Below, in pieces: positions 1 through 10,649 of a DNA stretch of 44,169 bases. The stretch is from contig NC_068982.1 of the NCBI RefSeq assembly GCF_001194135.2, positions 8,379,051-8,423,219 on the forward strand. Reading direction: 5' to 3'. Numbering within the stretch: the first letter of the stretch is position 1; every line of letters starts with the position of its first letter. The translations under genes and the position numbers were made by a program. The notes beneath the pieces are model-generated. The model was not told the DNA's origin, ran no database searches, and saw only the letters and a program-made list of their open reading frames with translations. This DNA is from Octopus bimaculoides (lineage: Eukaryota).

Positions 1-39
<39 letters not shown>

Positions 40-42
40 GTA
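1..42. repeat. (TA)n/(TATG)n microsatellite
   Basis: Pure tandem repeat read directly. Confidence 0.95.
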
Positions 43-249
43 TAAAATTAAAATAGACAACAGTGTGCTGTGCAATGTTTTGCCAAAACGAAAAACTATA
101 ATCGTCACTATATGTGACTAGAATGTTAGAAACACCTACATTGCTAGAAATAAGAGCTAAAATGTCCTAATGCTGTAGTCAAAGCACATAATTGTATACA
201 TATACACCGACAGGGAATGAAATTGCCCGAAAACACCGATCGAGAATTC

Positions 250-527
250 GTAAGAGCGTCGGGTTCGCAATCATAATATAGTGAGTTCGATTCCTGGAGT
301 GGACTGTCTGTCGTATGAGCAAGACATTTCTTTTCACGTTGCTCATGTTCACTCGGGTGTGGAAATGATTTGCGACTCCAGTGGTGCCAATCTGGATCGG
401 TCTTTGGTTTTGCCTTAAACAACATCGTTGGCGTGGAGAGGGGTGGATGGCATGCATGGGTGACTGTTGGTCTTCTATAAATAAACTTGCCTCAGCGGGG
501 AACTTTCTAGGTGCAACCCCATGGTCA
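250..527 (+). mobile_element. tRNA-headed SINE, family C (octopus OK-like)
   Basis: B-box-like GAGTTCGATTCC near 282-293, then core GAGCAAGACATTTCTTTTCACGTTGCTC shared with 25835-26130. The tail (TTTCTAGGTGCAACCCCATGGTCAT) is shared with 29828-29964. The family name is from recall. Confidence 0.7.
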
Positions 528-544
528 TGTATATATATATATAT

Positions 545-936
545 NNNNNNNNNNNNNNNNNNNNNNNNNNNNNNNNNNNNNNNNNNNNNNNNNNNNNNNN
601 NNNNNNNNNNNNNNNNNNNNNNNNNNNNNNNNNNNNNNNNNNNNNNNNNNNNNNNNNNNNNNNNNNNNNNNNNNNNNNNNNNNNNNNNNNNNNNNNNNNN
701 NNNNNNNNNNNNNNNNNNNNNNNNNNNNNNNNNNNNNNNNNNNNNNNNNNNNNNNNNNNNNNNNNNNNNNNNNNNNNNNNNNNNNNNNNNNNNNNNNNNN
801 NNNNNNNNNNNNNNNNNNNNNNNNNNNNNNNNNNNNNNNNNNNNNNNNNNNNNNNNNNNNNNNNNNNNNNNNNNNNNNNNNNNNNNNNNNNNNNNNNNNN
901 NNNNNNNNNNNNNNNNNNNNNNNNNNNNNNNNNNNN
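545..936. other. Assembly gap (N-run)
   Basis: N-run between (TA)n tracts. Other gaps: 3982-3994, 11746-11856, 13442-13748, 15969-16184, 17009-17018, 22896-23096, 29996-30371, 33337-33595, 34174-34293. Confidence 0.99.
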
Positions 937-946
937 ATATACAAGG

Positions 947-1312
947 GTAGACTGAAAAAGGGTGCTTGGCACCTGGAAAGTCGGCAAGTACTCACAATTG
1001 AGCAATACGTTCGGGGGCAGGCCCACATTAGAGTGCTATAGGGTTTTCGTAACTGGCAAGTGGGAAGCGGGACGATGTTCTCGAGACAACTTTAGGCGTC
1101 GGGAGGGATTAATTAGCTGATCCCTTGAGGAAAACATTCAGGTCGTGGTCAATGGATAATTTCCAGAAATCCCTGGCCTGGTAATGCTACTGGTTCGAGA
1201 CAAGTTCTGCCGGTACGGAAGTGCTGTCAGACGGACGTGTCCGAGATGTGCGCAAGGCTATGAAACCGTTCTGCATGCACTCGTCTGGTGTCCGGGCATT
1301 ACTGACTTGTGG
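947..1312 (+). mobile_element. L1/Tx1-clade LINE ORF2 C-terminal remnant (zinc knuckle)
   Basis: Translates with breaks as MDNFQKSLAW*CY..LVRDKFCRYGSAVRRTCPRCAQGYETVLHALVWCPGITDLW. This is the C-x2-C-x8-H-x4-C motif of L1/Tx1 ORF2, first Cys at 1238. Homology stops abruptly near 1312. Confidence 0.8.
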
Positions 1313-1814
1313 AGCCTGATGATTAAGAGATTAAGGAACATTTCAAATATTACCGAAACTAGTCATTTGATTCACTTTACAAATTACCTTAAACATTCTC
1401 ACACATCAGGAATTCCAACCACATTTCGTGGTTCGCTACTTCAACAGCTCCTTCATTGGATCCAGTGGCTAAAGACATCATCAGGAGGAATCACGTCCAG
1501 TTTCGGCCCCTACGCCACTTCTGTTTTCGACGTGGCAGACCCCCGCCCTTTCGGAGGTGTCTTCAGCTCTGGTGTTGACTGCGCTTTTTCTTTTTCCTTT
1601 TTTCTTTTGTTCTTTGGTTTCTTCGGTCAGCGGGCGAATGACCATCCTGCCAAATTTCCCTTTAAATACTCGCCAGTGTGACAATACTTACGTGCATACA
1701 TCCATAAATAGCTCTTGGTCCATGATAATAAATTCTTATTCGTACTTGTTATCATAGGTGCATTACATTATGTTCCCACAAATTTATATGAAAACCTAAA
1801 AATACTAGGTTTTC

Positions 1815-1900
1815 GAAGAAAGAGCAACAAAAACTAACGCGGATTCTTGAAACTGAATCTATCAGCGGCACAGTGAAGATTTGTAAGACCTTCCCATAAT
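1815..1900 (+). mobile_element. 3' end of RLE-type LINE (R4/Dong-like)
   Basis: Translates ...ETESISGTVKICKTFP*, like the terminal GT(V/A)xI(C/L)K/R motif of RLE LINE ORFs. Confidence 0.5.
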
Positions 1901-3844
1901 TCTACATCTGGGTATGTGCATCGATAGTTCAACGGACACTCTAACTCAACCACATATTTACAAACATTGGGAACTTTCTTAACTCAAAAGTCTTGTTTTG
2001 TTAGCGACAGGCTTGAACTCTCTCAAGAATAACTTAAAGAAAACTCAACGAAAAAACATACATACATACACACCATAAACACATACCATACACATACCAG
2101 GACGTCAACAAGGCATTTATTTATATAAATTTTGTACACATATTGACGTTGGTAGCTGTTTTCTTGTATTATGTTATTTTTTTGGTGAAAAGGAGTTATT
2201 GCAGAATTGGAGTGACGCAGAAAGAACAAAAAGGGAAAATAATAACAAAAAAAAAAACTCATATTTACTAAAGTTTCAGGAAGTAAACGAAATCTAAGAT
2301 CAAGTTAAAGAGTAATTGTCTTTTTTGGAATTATTATAAAACAAAGTAGTTTATGCAGTCTTCTCTATTTAAAGTAGCATCAATTCTGTGATATCGTTTT
2401 GAAATTTAATTAATCTGTGATTTTCCGTGACTAAAATTTATTTTCATTGAGAAAGAATGCAATGCCTAATGTATTTCATATTTATTACTATTTTCAGCAT
2501 TTCTTAAGTAATTTTGATCTTGATTTTATACAAGTTTCTATCAATATTAATGGCACACCTCGAAATACCCCAGAGCTTTATTCTTGTGCATCACTATTTT
2601 TATGTAAGAGGCTTTTGAAAGTTCGGTATATTTCATTTACTCGACAAAAAAACGAAACGTTTTTTTTTTTGTAGCTTTAGTACGCCATAGAATAAAGAAG
2701 GAATAAAAGGTGTGGCTGTCTAGTCAGAATTCTTTGGATAAAACAGCATTTCGAAATTGCAAATATTACTTTTCGTATTTGCTTGATATTTACTTTTATG
2801 AAACTATTAAAAGAAAAGAAAAAAAAAAGTTTTCCTTCAGTTCTGCGGAATTATCTGAAACTTGCCTAGAAACTGGAAAAAATAGTTTTAAATTTAGATC
2901 ATATAAGATCATTTGTCTTTTTTTTATGAATAAAACTAGTCATTACAACTTCATTATACTCAAAATTCCTGCGAATTCGAAGACGGTCTTTTCTATAGCT
3001 TGGTTCCCTTGAGGAATAAAACCATTCAATTTCTTTAACAGATTATTACCTGTAAACATTTTCAAATCTATCTGAATGCATAACGTTATTAACATACACT
3101 TGCAACATGTTTTTCCATGCAGCTGAATATGGATTCGCAGTTTAGCTTTGAAGAAAATCAGAGAAATCCATGAAAGTTTATACTGAATGATGAGAAAAAA
3201 CCAAAACAAAACAAAAAACAACAACAGAAAAAAAAAACAAAAACAAAAAAAACGAGACAATATTTAACATCAAAGAAAATTACAATCGAAATATTCTTAC
3301 CGTCTCTATACATATCCTTTGCAACACTGACTGCATTTCATAAAGTATTTCTTTGCAATATTTTTTTTAACGTACGAGTCTTCATTCATAACAAATATCG
3401 TGAATTTCCAAACATGGTGAAGTAGACCAAATTGCTTAACATCATGATGTTTTCATCTTTTTTGTGGAGTTCTCTTCCGAAACATGTCTGAAAGCTAACG
3501 AAATTTGCTCTCGCTTTTATTAATTCTAACCTAAAATATGTGTCTTTCCGATTCCTGATATTTTCTCTCGTAACCGCAAAATACGTTATTCATGCAAAGT
3601 TATTTTTAAACGCGTTCTTTAGATTAAACTATTCGTAATTGGAAATCAATTTGTGCATCCTTTTCATGCAAGGATTTTCATATTTCAAAAACTATATTCA
3701 TCCATAGCTTATACTATCCCTCTCCCCTACACTCACTAATCCCCACCGTCGGCACATCTCGCTCATTTTTAGACTCCCTTGAGAACACATGTAAATATAA
3801 AGGAATTGCTATTTGGATGCAATCAGTGTATAAACAGAAGCATA

Positions 3845-4012
3845 ATTATACGTATATACATACACACACGCACGCACGCACGCACGCACGCACACATGTA
3901 CACATACACATAAATATATACACCCATCTTATGTAAGTATAGCTATGTATTAAAGCATATATGCATATATATATATATATANNNNNNNNNNNNNATATGT
4001 ATATATATTTGA

Positions 4013-4065
<53 letters not shown>

Positions 4066-4112
4066 CAACAACAACAATAATAATACACACATGCACACAA
4101 ATGCACACACAA

Positions 4113-4145
<33 letters not shown>

Positions 4146-4185
4146 ATGTATATATATATATATATATAATATATATATATAATGA
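3845..4185. repeat. Compound microsatellite (CA, CACG, TA, TAA, CAA)
   Basis: Read directly; contains a short N-gap. Confidence 0.95.
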
Positions 4186-4941
4186 TATATATAGTCATCC
4201 CATTACAATTTCTACAATACCTTATATAATGAATCTATGTACCAGTAAAAAATTTGAATATATTATGAATCAATGATGCAGTAACAGTGAATATTACTCA
4301 TAAAAGAAATCTAAATATTTAACTATTTTATTTATTTATTGCACTTTCCTTTCAAACTTCTGTGACTTGTTAAACATTGACAACCCAGCAGCACAGGTTA
4401 TATACTAATCAATATTTTAGTTTTTTTAATATTATTTATTTATTTATCTAATTCTTAAGCAAGCAATTCGACCAAATGAATGTGATCGATGCCAACATAG
4501 GTGTACTTAGTCAAATTTGGATATAACAACGCACTTGTCTGTTTGTGTATCAAAGTTAAGTGAATTTCAAAAGAATGCTGAGGCATAATAGATATGATAT
4601 TAAGGAAATCATGTGGATCAATGCAAATAACCAGACGGATATATAATTAAACCTACAGGCAACACCATTCTTCCGATTACTTAGTCCAACTATTTTTGGA
4701 ATCGGTTTAATTGTCTTTTCAAAGTCGAGAAAAATATTTAACCAAAGAGGAACATGCTAAATAATTGATATTACCTTTAAATATGGATAACATGTAATCA
4801 CTTTCATTAAACATTTTTAAATGACTCCAACTCGTTACCAGTCTATACATTTATATAAATATTCACAGAGAATTTAAAAAAGGTTGTTTTTCTAACTTTT
4901 GTTTTGCTATTCTACTTTGAATTTTCTTGATTTATTTTGAA

Positions 4942-5101
4942 GAGTGGCTGTGTGGTAAGTAGCTTGCTTACCAACCACATGGTTCCGGGTTCAGTCCCAC
5001 TGCGTGGCACCTTGGGCAAGTGTCTTCTACTATAGCCTCGGGCCGACCAAAGCCTTGTGAGTAGATTTGGTAGACGGAAACTGAAAGAAGCCCGTCGTAT
5101 A

Positions 5102-5144
<43 letters not shown>

Positions 5145-5606
5145 ATTTATTTATGAGGGTAGAAATTGATATTAATCAATTTGAACCAGTGGTCTAGCAT
5201 ATTAAAAAAATCCGAAGATTAAAATTATATTACATACAAAAATAAGAGGGATGACCAGCAAAAGTGGACTCCTATATGCTAGAAATAGATGCCGAATCAT
5301 CTAACCACGAAATATATATTTTATATATATATATATATATATAAATGTATATGTGTATGTCTGTGTATATGTTTGTGTGTGTATATATTTGTGTGTCTGT
5401 GTTTGTCCCCCCAGCATCACTTGACAAACGATGCTGGTGTGTTTACGTCCCCGTAACTTAGCGGTTCGACAAAAGAGATCGATAGAATAAGTACTAGGCT
5501 TCCAAAGAATAAGTCCTGGGGTTGATTTGCTCGACTAAAGGCGGTGCTCCACGATGGCCACAGTCAAATGGCTGAAACAAGTAAAGGAGTAAAAGAGAGT
5601 AAAGAG
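4942..5606 (+). mobile_element. tRNA-headed SINE, family A (octopus OR1-like), with internal insertion
   Basis: A-box-like TGGCTGTGTGG and B-box-like GGTTCAGTCCC, internal (TA)/(TG) tract, and a 3' half ending GAAACAAGTAAA-GAGTAAAAGAG. Near-identical in structure to 36845-37280 and 42316-42497. Confidence 0.9.
5137..5311. mobile_element. About 175-bp insertion inside the SINE (TA)n tract, possibly a PLE terminal fragment
   Basis: Absent from the copy at 36845-37280 and bounded by TA tracts. It carries a perfect 10-bp inverted repeat TCTAGCATAT (5193-5202) / ATATGCTAGA (5274-5283). The PLE origin is inference. Confidence 0.5.
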
Positions 5607-6399
5607 TTGTTTGGATGGGAATTAAAAAGTATTTGCTCCATTTAAGTGCAAAACAATATCTCACGAAATATTTAGAATGTAGTTGTTTCACTTTCCTTCA
5701 AATAGACTCAGACAAAAACACACAAACTTACATTCATTCATACAAAATACAAACATATTGTGTTGCTTATATCGAGCCAACAAAAGGCCCTTTATGCGAC
5801 CGGTTGACCTGCTAGGAATCACAGCTGAATCTTTTTCAAACAACCAACTACCATTTTAGAAAGGAAAGTATTTGAAGCACTTCCCTTTCATCATAAATAT
5901 ATTTTTTGAAATATAAGCTAGGGCTAAGCTATATCCAAACAAGAAACCCCTTAGTCTATTGTTCTTATTTTGGTTCCCCAAACTACGTCCATTATTTATA
6001 GAATGCATTATCATTAGTATCTTTACGCAGTCAAGGAAAAACAGACAAATACAACAAGAATAACAACTATAACAAAACAGCAGCGGCAATAACAACAACA
6101 GTAGCAGCATGAAGATTGACATGTTAATCAAAGAAGTTCACAACGATCCTTAGGAAAGCAACCTGTAACAGTCCAAACATGACCATCACAATTAACCCAA
6201 GAATAAACAATAACGGAGGCCACAACGATACAAATAACAGCAGTAGCGACAGCAACAACAACAGCAGCAATAATAACATCACTAACAGCAACAGTTAAAG
6301 AAATATAAGCGGCAGAATACAAGGCATTGGCAACAGCAACAAAAAAAACAATAGCAAGGCTTCCTTCCCCGTAGCAGTCTTCACAAGGGATTTTTATAT

Positions 6400-7614
6400 C
6401 ATATCTCTAGAAGATAAACGGACAAAATTACAAGACGTCACTAGATTTGCGAAAGTGCAGGGAGAAGGGCAGAGCTTACGTCTCCCCACTAAAGCTCTTG
6501 TTACATCTGCTAGAAACACTGTTGTATATAGATGTCTGTTTTTAACAACTAGCTTAAGACTGAGGCCCTGGCCATGCAACATTCAGTGGTCACTCGCTGC
6601 AGGAAGGACTTCGTTCTGTTCACTACGGTTTTTGGGAGAGGCCACAGTAAAAGTAGCAATACTGGGATTCCCAACGGAGGAAGAACTTTGGTGGATATTG
6701 GTATGAATTTTGTTGAAGAGGAGCAAAGTTTACTGGATGTGAACAGAACAAGGTGAGAGAATAGTTTCTTTTCGGATCACACTGCGTACATCAAGTGCAT
6801 TTTGAAAGGTTCTCAAACCTCATAACCCTGCTGAATAAGGAAACTAAGGGTACATGTTGGGTACCAGATGACCCTGGTGCCACGTCTGTTGAACAATAAA
6901 CCATCTTAGATCGTTCAGCGCACACAAAGAAAGCAGGTAAAAGGAAAGAAGCGACCATCTGCTGTCGACACAATTGCTGCAACAAAAACAACAATACGCA
7001 ATGACAGAGGAGCAGCAGGAGTCGCGGCAAGAAAAAAGGGAGCTACAATAACAGTTTCTGGTCGAACATCAACAACAATAACAACAACAGCAGCAGCAAT
7101 ACCGACAAAATCTACAACCGCAACAAAAAACACCATTGATGCAGTAAGAGTTGTAACACCAACAGCATCACCATCAAACTCACAAGAAGTAGCGACTGAA
7201 ATGGCAGAAAACCATGGCTACATATAAGGAAATAATCGCTACGCAAGGGATGTTCCAACCAGTCCTCTCGTTTCCTTTTCCCTATCCTTCCTTTCCTTCA
7301 TGCACAAAACACGATTCTATCTCAGACGAACAACAAATTTCTACTCCTCGATTCGAAGCAGAAGTGGGAAATTTTCCAGCAACATTTTACCAAGGGTTTT
7401 TGAGTGACGTGATGCTTATTTGGATGGTGTGCTGCAACTTTCACCGAAAGATGCAGATTACTGCAAAAAGTTGACTTCAGCGAACGCGTCGAGCCGCTGT
7501 GTGAGAATCGAAACACCGAGACTGGGTTGTCGATACTACAATCTATGCTACTACATGCAAGACCCAGACTGCTATTGTTTCGATAGCATTCAACCGGAGT
7601 TTGCAGCAGACTAA
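6400..7614 (+). pseudogene. Decayed Gag/LINE-ORF1-like coding remnant with CCHC zinc knuckle
   Basis: Broken frames read KVAILGFPTEEELWW..., LRVHV..RPWCHVC*TINHLRSFS (C-x2-C-x4-H-x4-[S for C], 6878-6919), then a low-complexity Thr/Ala/Gln linker and a Cys/Tyr-rich tail ending at TAA 7614. No endonuclease or RT motif follows. Confidence 0.5.
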
Positions 7615-7873
7615 ACGGAGAAATTTAATTTTGGGGTAGTCGGGAAATACTGAAGATGTTTAAAAGAAAATATTTTAATTATTTTTTGGTACTGCTATTT
7701 TCTGTATCACTTGAGTTTGTGATGTTAATAGTAAAGGTTTAATATTTAATAGAATAAAGTTGTCCTGTTCGTATACGACGCCATCTACAATAACATAGGT
7801 ATTGGTTTTGATAACGACATAATGAGGGGCTGTCTAATAGTTTTAAAGTTAATGTCCAGTCGAAAAAATGCAG

Positions 7874-8807
7874 GGATCTTTTCACTTTGATCCGTAGATC
7901 GAGAAATTAATTTTTGTAATTAAACACTTTCAAACTTCGGACACTGGTAGAATGTGTCATATAAAACATCTTTTACTCTTAGCGTTGTTGAGAAAAGTTT
8001 CTATTTACGAAGTTAATTCGTGTTAAATTTGTCGTATTTCGGTAATTTCAACCAATCAATGACGTGTATTCAAGTGAATAAAATTTCTGCTGTTGTTTGT
8101 CAACAACAACTTCTGGCGGTGTATGTTTCGCTTGTCACTGTTATTTATGACCTATTTCATCTCATGAATAAACGAGTGTATGAATAAACGAGTGTATCTG
8201 AAGCACGTTTACTTCACGACACCACCATAATCGTTCGTGCATTTCTACTGCTTTTTATTTTTTTTTTCCCTGTTTTTCAGCTACTATTTTCGGAAAGACT
8301 TCCTCCCGCTCCCCCACTATTTTCTCGCAAATTTTTGTTTCTTTTTAATTTGTTTTTGTACAAAACCCAGCTTTTTGGATACGGAGATTCCGGAAAATTG
8401 CCAAAAATCGGAATTTTGAAACTTTTTGGCCCCTTACCCCTCCCCCTCCAATTTCTTCAATTTTCACTTTTTCCGTAACCCTAACCCTAAGACCCTAAAG
8501 CTAAAACCAGTAGAAACGTACGGACGATGTCATAAATAACAGTGACAAACGAAATATACACCGCCAGAAGTTGTTGTTGACAAACAACAGCAGAAATTTT
8601 ATTCACCTGAATACACGTCATTGATTGGTTGAAATTACCGAAATACGACAACTTTAACACGAAATAACTTCGTAAATAGAAACGTTTCTCAACAACGCTA
8701 AGAGTAAAAGATGTTTTATATGACACATTCTACCAGTGTCCGAAGTTAAAAAGTGTTTAGTTACAAAAACTTAATTTCTCGATCTGCCGATGAAAGTGAA
8801 ACGATCC
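7874..8807. mobile_element. Non-autonomous foldback DNA transposon (MITE), Merlin/MULE-like
   Basis: TIRs of about 278 bp (7874-8151 and 8529-8807, about 14 differences by hand), termini GGATC..GATCC, and a perfect 8-bp TSD AAATGCAG at 7866-7873 and 8808-8815. No transposase ORF. Confidence 0.9.
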
Positions 8808-9650
8808 AAATGCAGATATCACCAAACATAAAACAAATCCAAATATATAAATTATCGTCAAGTTGTTTCATCCAAGCCTGTTTATGTTCATCTCCGTGTT
8901 GGTACTGTACAACCGGAGATGGAAATGAGTGTCATTGTAAGCGTAGCTGAATGTTACTAATTGTTTTGTTTGTTATTGTGCATTTTCAGAGGAAGATTTG
9001 GCTGTTACACTGAAAAAACCTAGTGCAAAGATACAGGCTTACTAGTACAATACTTGTTTTATTTTCCTTTCTGAAGGCATGCTACTTCCTTTAAAGTTTC
9101 CACACACTGTATTCCGAAATATTCTTCGAAGTGAGATCTGGTACCGACAACGACGAACCCAATGCAGAAGTAACAATAACAGGAGCAAAGTACTCACTAA
9201 TTGCAACAGTAATATTCTCAACGAGACATTAGTTAATGAGAAATTTCAGTCATTGAAGATCAAAGTGATGTAAGAGTACAGGCAAGAGAAATCGATTCCA
9301 GAAATAAATAGATTTCGGGAAAATAGCTATCAGTTGTTGTCTAGGAGAAGAAAAAAAATCAAAGACTTGAAATAGACAGCAAATTAATCCTTAATTTAAA
9401 AAGAAATTAAATTTAGAAATCTATTTTAACGTTTAGAATTCCATATTCTATCCCTTTAAATAGTTATTCAATTTGTGACGCTCTTTAATTTAACAGAAAC
9501 GGAGATTCAAAGTGGATTTAATGAAAATAAAATTTCAAGACTATTTTATGATCCACATGCACACAAGAAAGAAATTTGAAAAACAACTTTGAATCTTGTT
9601 GTAAGATATTGAATGTAGGAAATAGTGCTGATTAAGGATTTATTTATGTT

Positions 9651-9653
9651 ATG

Positions 9654-9718
<65 letters not shown>

Positions 9719-9721
9719 ATG

Positions 9722-9782
<61 letters not shown>

Positions 9783-9785
9783 ATG

Positions 9786-9833
<48 letters not shown>

Positions 9834-9872
9834 GTCTGTCTGTCTGTCTATCTGTCTGTCTGTCTGTCTGTC
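9651..9872. repeat. (TATC)n/(TCTG)n microsatellite with periodic ATGTATTA interruptions
   Basis: ATGTATTA occurs at 9651, 9719 and 9783. Confidence 0.95.
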
Positions 9873-9873
9873 T

Positions 9874-10017
9874 CTGACGCTGAGGGGCATCCCGCGAGAG
9901 CTGGGATGCGGGAGGAGCGTCTCTGCATACGCAGACGACGTCAGCGTCATAGTGTCAAGCCACAGGCATATCGACCTGGTCGGCGAGACACGAAAAGAAT
10001 ACGAAGCGGTAACGGGA
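9874..10017 (+). mobile_element. L1/Tx1-type reverse transcriptase fragment (YADD motif)
   Basis: Open frame LTLRGIPRELGCGRSVSAYADDVSVIVSSHRHIDLVGETRKEYEAVTG with YADD at 9928-9939. This frame is not in the ORF track. Confidence 0.9.
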
Positions 10018-10215
10018 TCTATGGCTTTTGATGGTCTTTGTGTATTGCGTTGGGTCACTTACTCAAAACGTACTGACCAATTAAGAGACAAATGAGTACA
10101 TCATGTGTTTATGCAATGGTAAATGTCATATAATCATTGGTTTAACACTCCTGAACAATTACTCCGATATTACCAAATCCATGTGAACCAAGCGGGCTGG
10201 ACTGATCTACTTTAA

Positions 10216-10410
10216 TCTCTTCTACTCGAGGCACAAGGCCAGAAATTTTGGGGTAGGGGTCCAGTCGATTAGATCAACCCCAGTACGCAACTGGTACTTA
10301 ATTTATCGATCCTGAAAGGATGGAAGGCAAAGTTGACCTCAGCGGAATTTGAACTGAGAACGTAACGGCAGACGAAATACCGCTAAGCATTTCGACCGAC
10401 GTGCTAAAGT
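10216..10410 (-). mobile_element. tRNA-headed SINE, family B (octopus OR2-like), head truncated
   Basis: Reverse complement carries CAGTTCAAATTCCGCTGAGGTCAACTTTGCC and the tail CCTTGTGCCTCGAGTAGAAGA; homologous to 28545-28748. Confidence 0.85.
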
Positions 10411-10643
10411 TTTCTATTTCTTTACTGGCCACAAGGGGCTACACACAGAGGAGACAAATACAGACAAAGGGATTAAGTCGATTATATCGACCCCAGTGCG
10501 TAACGGGTACTTATTTAATCGATCCCGAAAGGAGGAAAGGCAAAGTCGACCTCGGCGGAATTTGAACTCAGAACGCAGCGGCAGACGAAATACCGCTAAG
10601 TATTTCGCCCGGCGCGCTAACGTTTCTGCCAACTCGCCACCTT
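10411..10643 (-). mobile_element. SINE family B, full length, alternative tail
   Basis: Head AAGGTGGCGAGTTGGCAGAAACG, B-box GAGTTCAAATTCC and the same core as its neighbour. The 3' tail differs (TTAATCCCTTTGTCTG...CCCCTTGTGGCCAGTAAAGAAATAG). Confidence 0.9.
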
Positions 10644-10649
10644 ACTGAC

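Noticed and set aside
381-1041. Long ORFs of 140-210 aa in the track (also at 13325, 15800, 22718, 29848, 33302, 33831)
   Set aside because: They run through N-gaps and (TA)/(TG) repeats, so their length is an artefact.
4942-5020. tRNA-like sequences with A and B boxes
   Set aside because: They are SINE heads continuing into SINE bodies; I could not fold a complete cloverleaf with an acceptor stem.
8850-9050. Possible exons KPVYVHLRVGTVQPEMEMSVI|GTAAGC and TTTTCAG|..EDLAVTLKK
   Set aside because: The phases do not join into an open frame, and I recognise no protein.
947-10017. Tx1 zinc-knuckle and RT fragments as one element
   Set aside because: The order is reversed (RT should precede the knuckle) and they are 8.5 kb apart.
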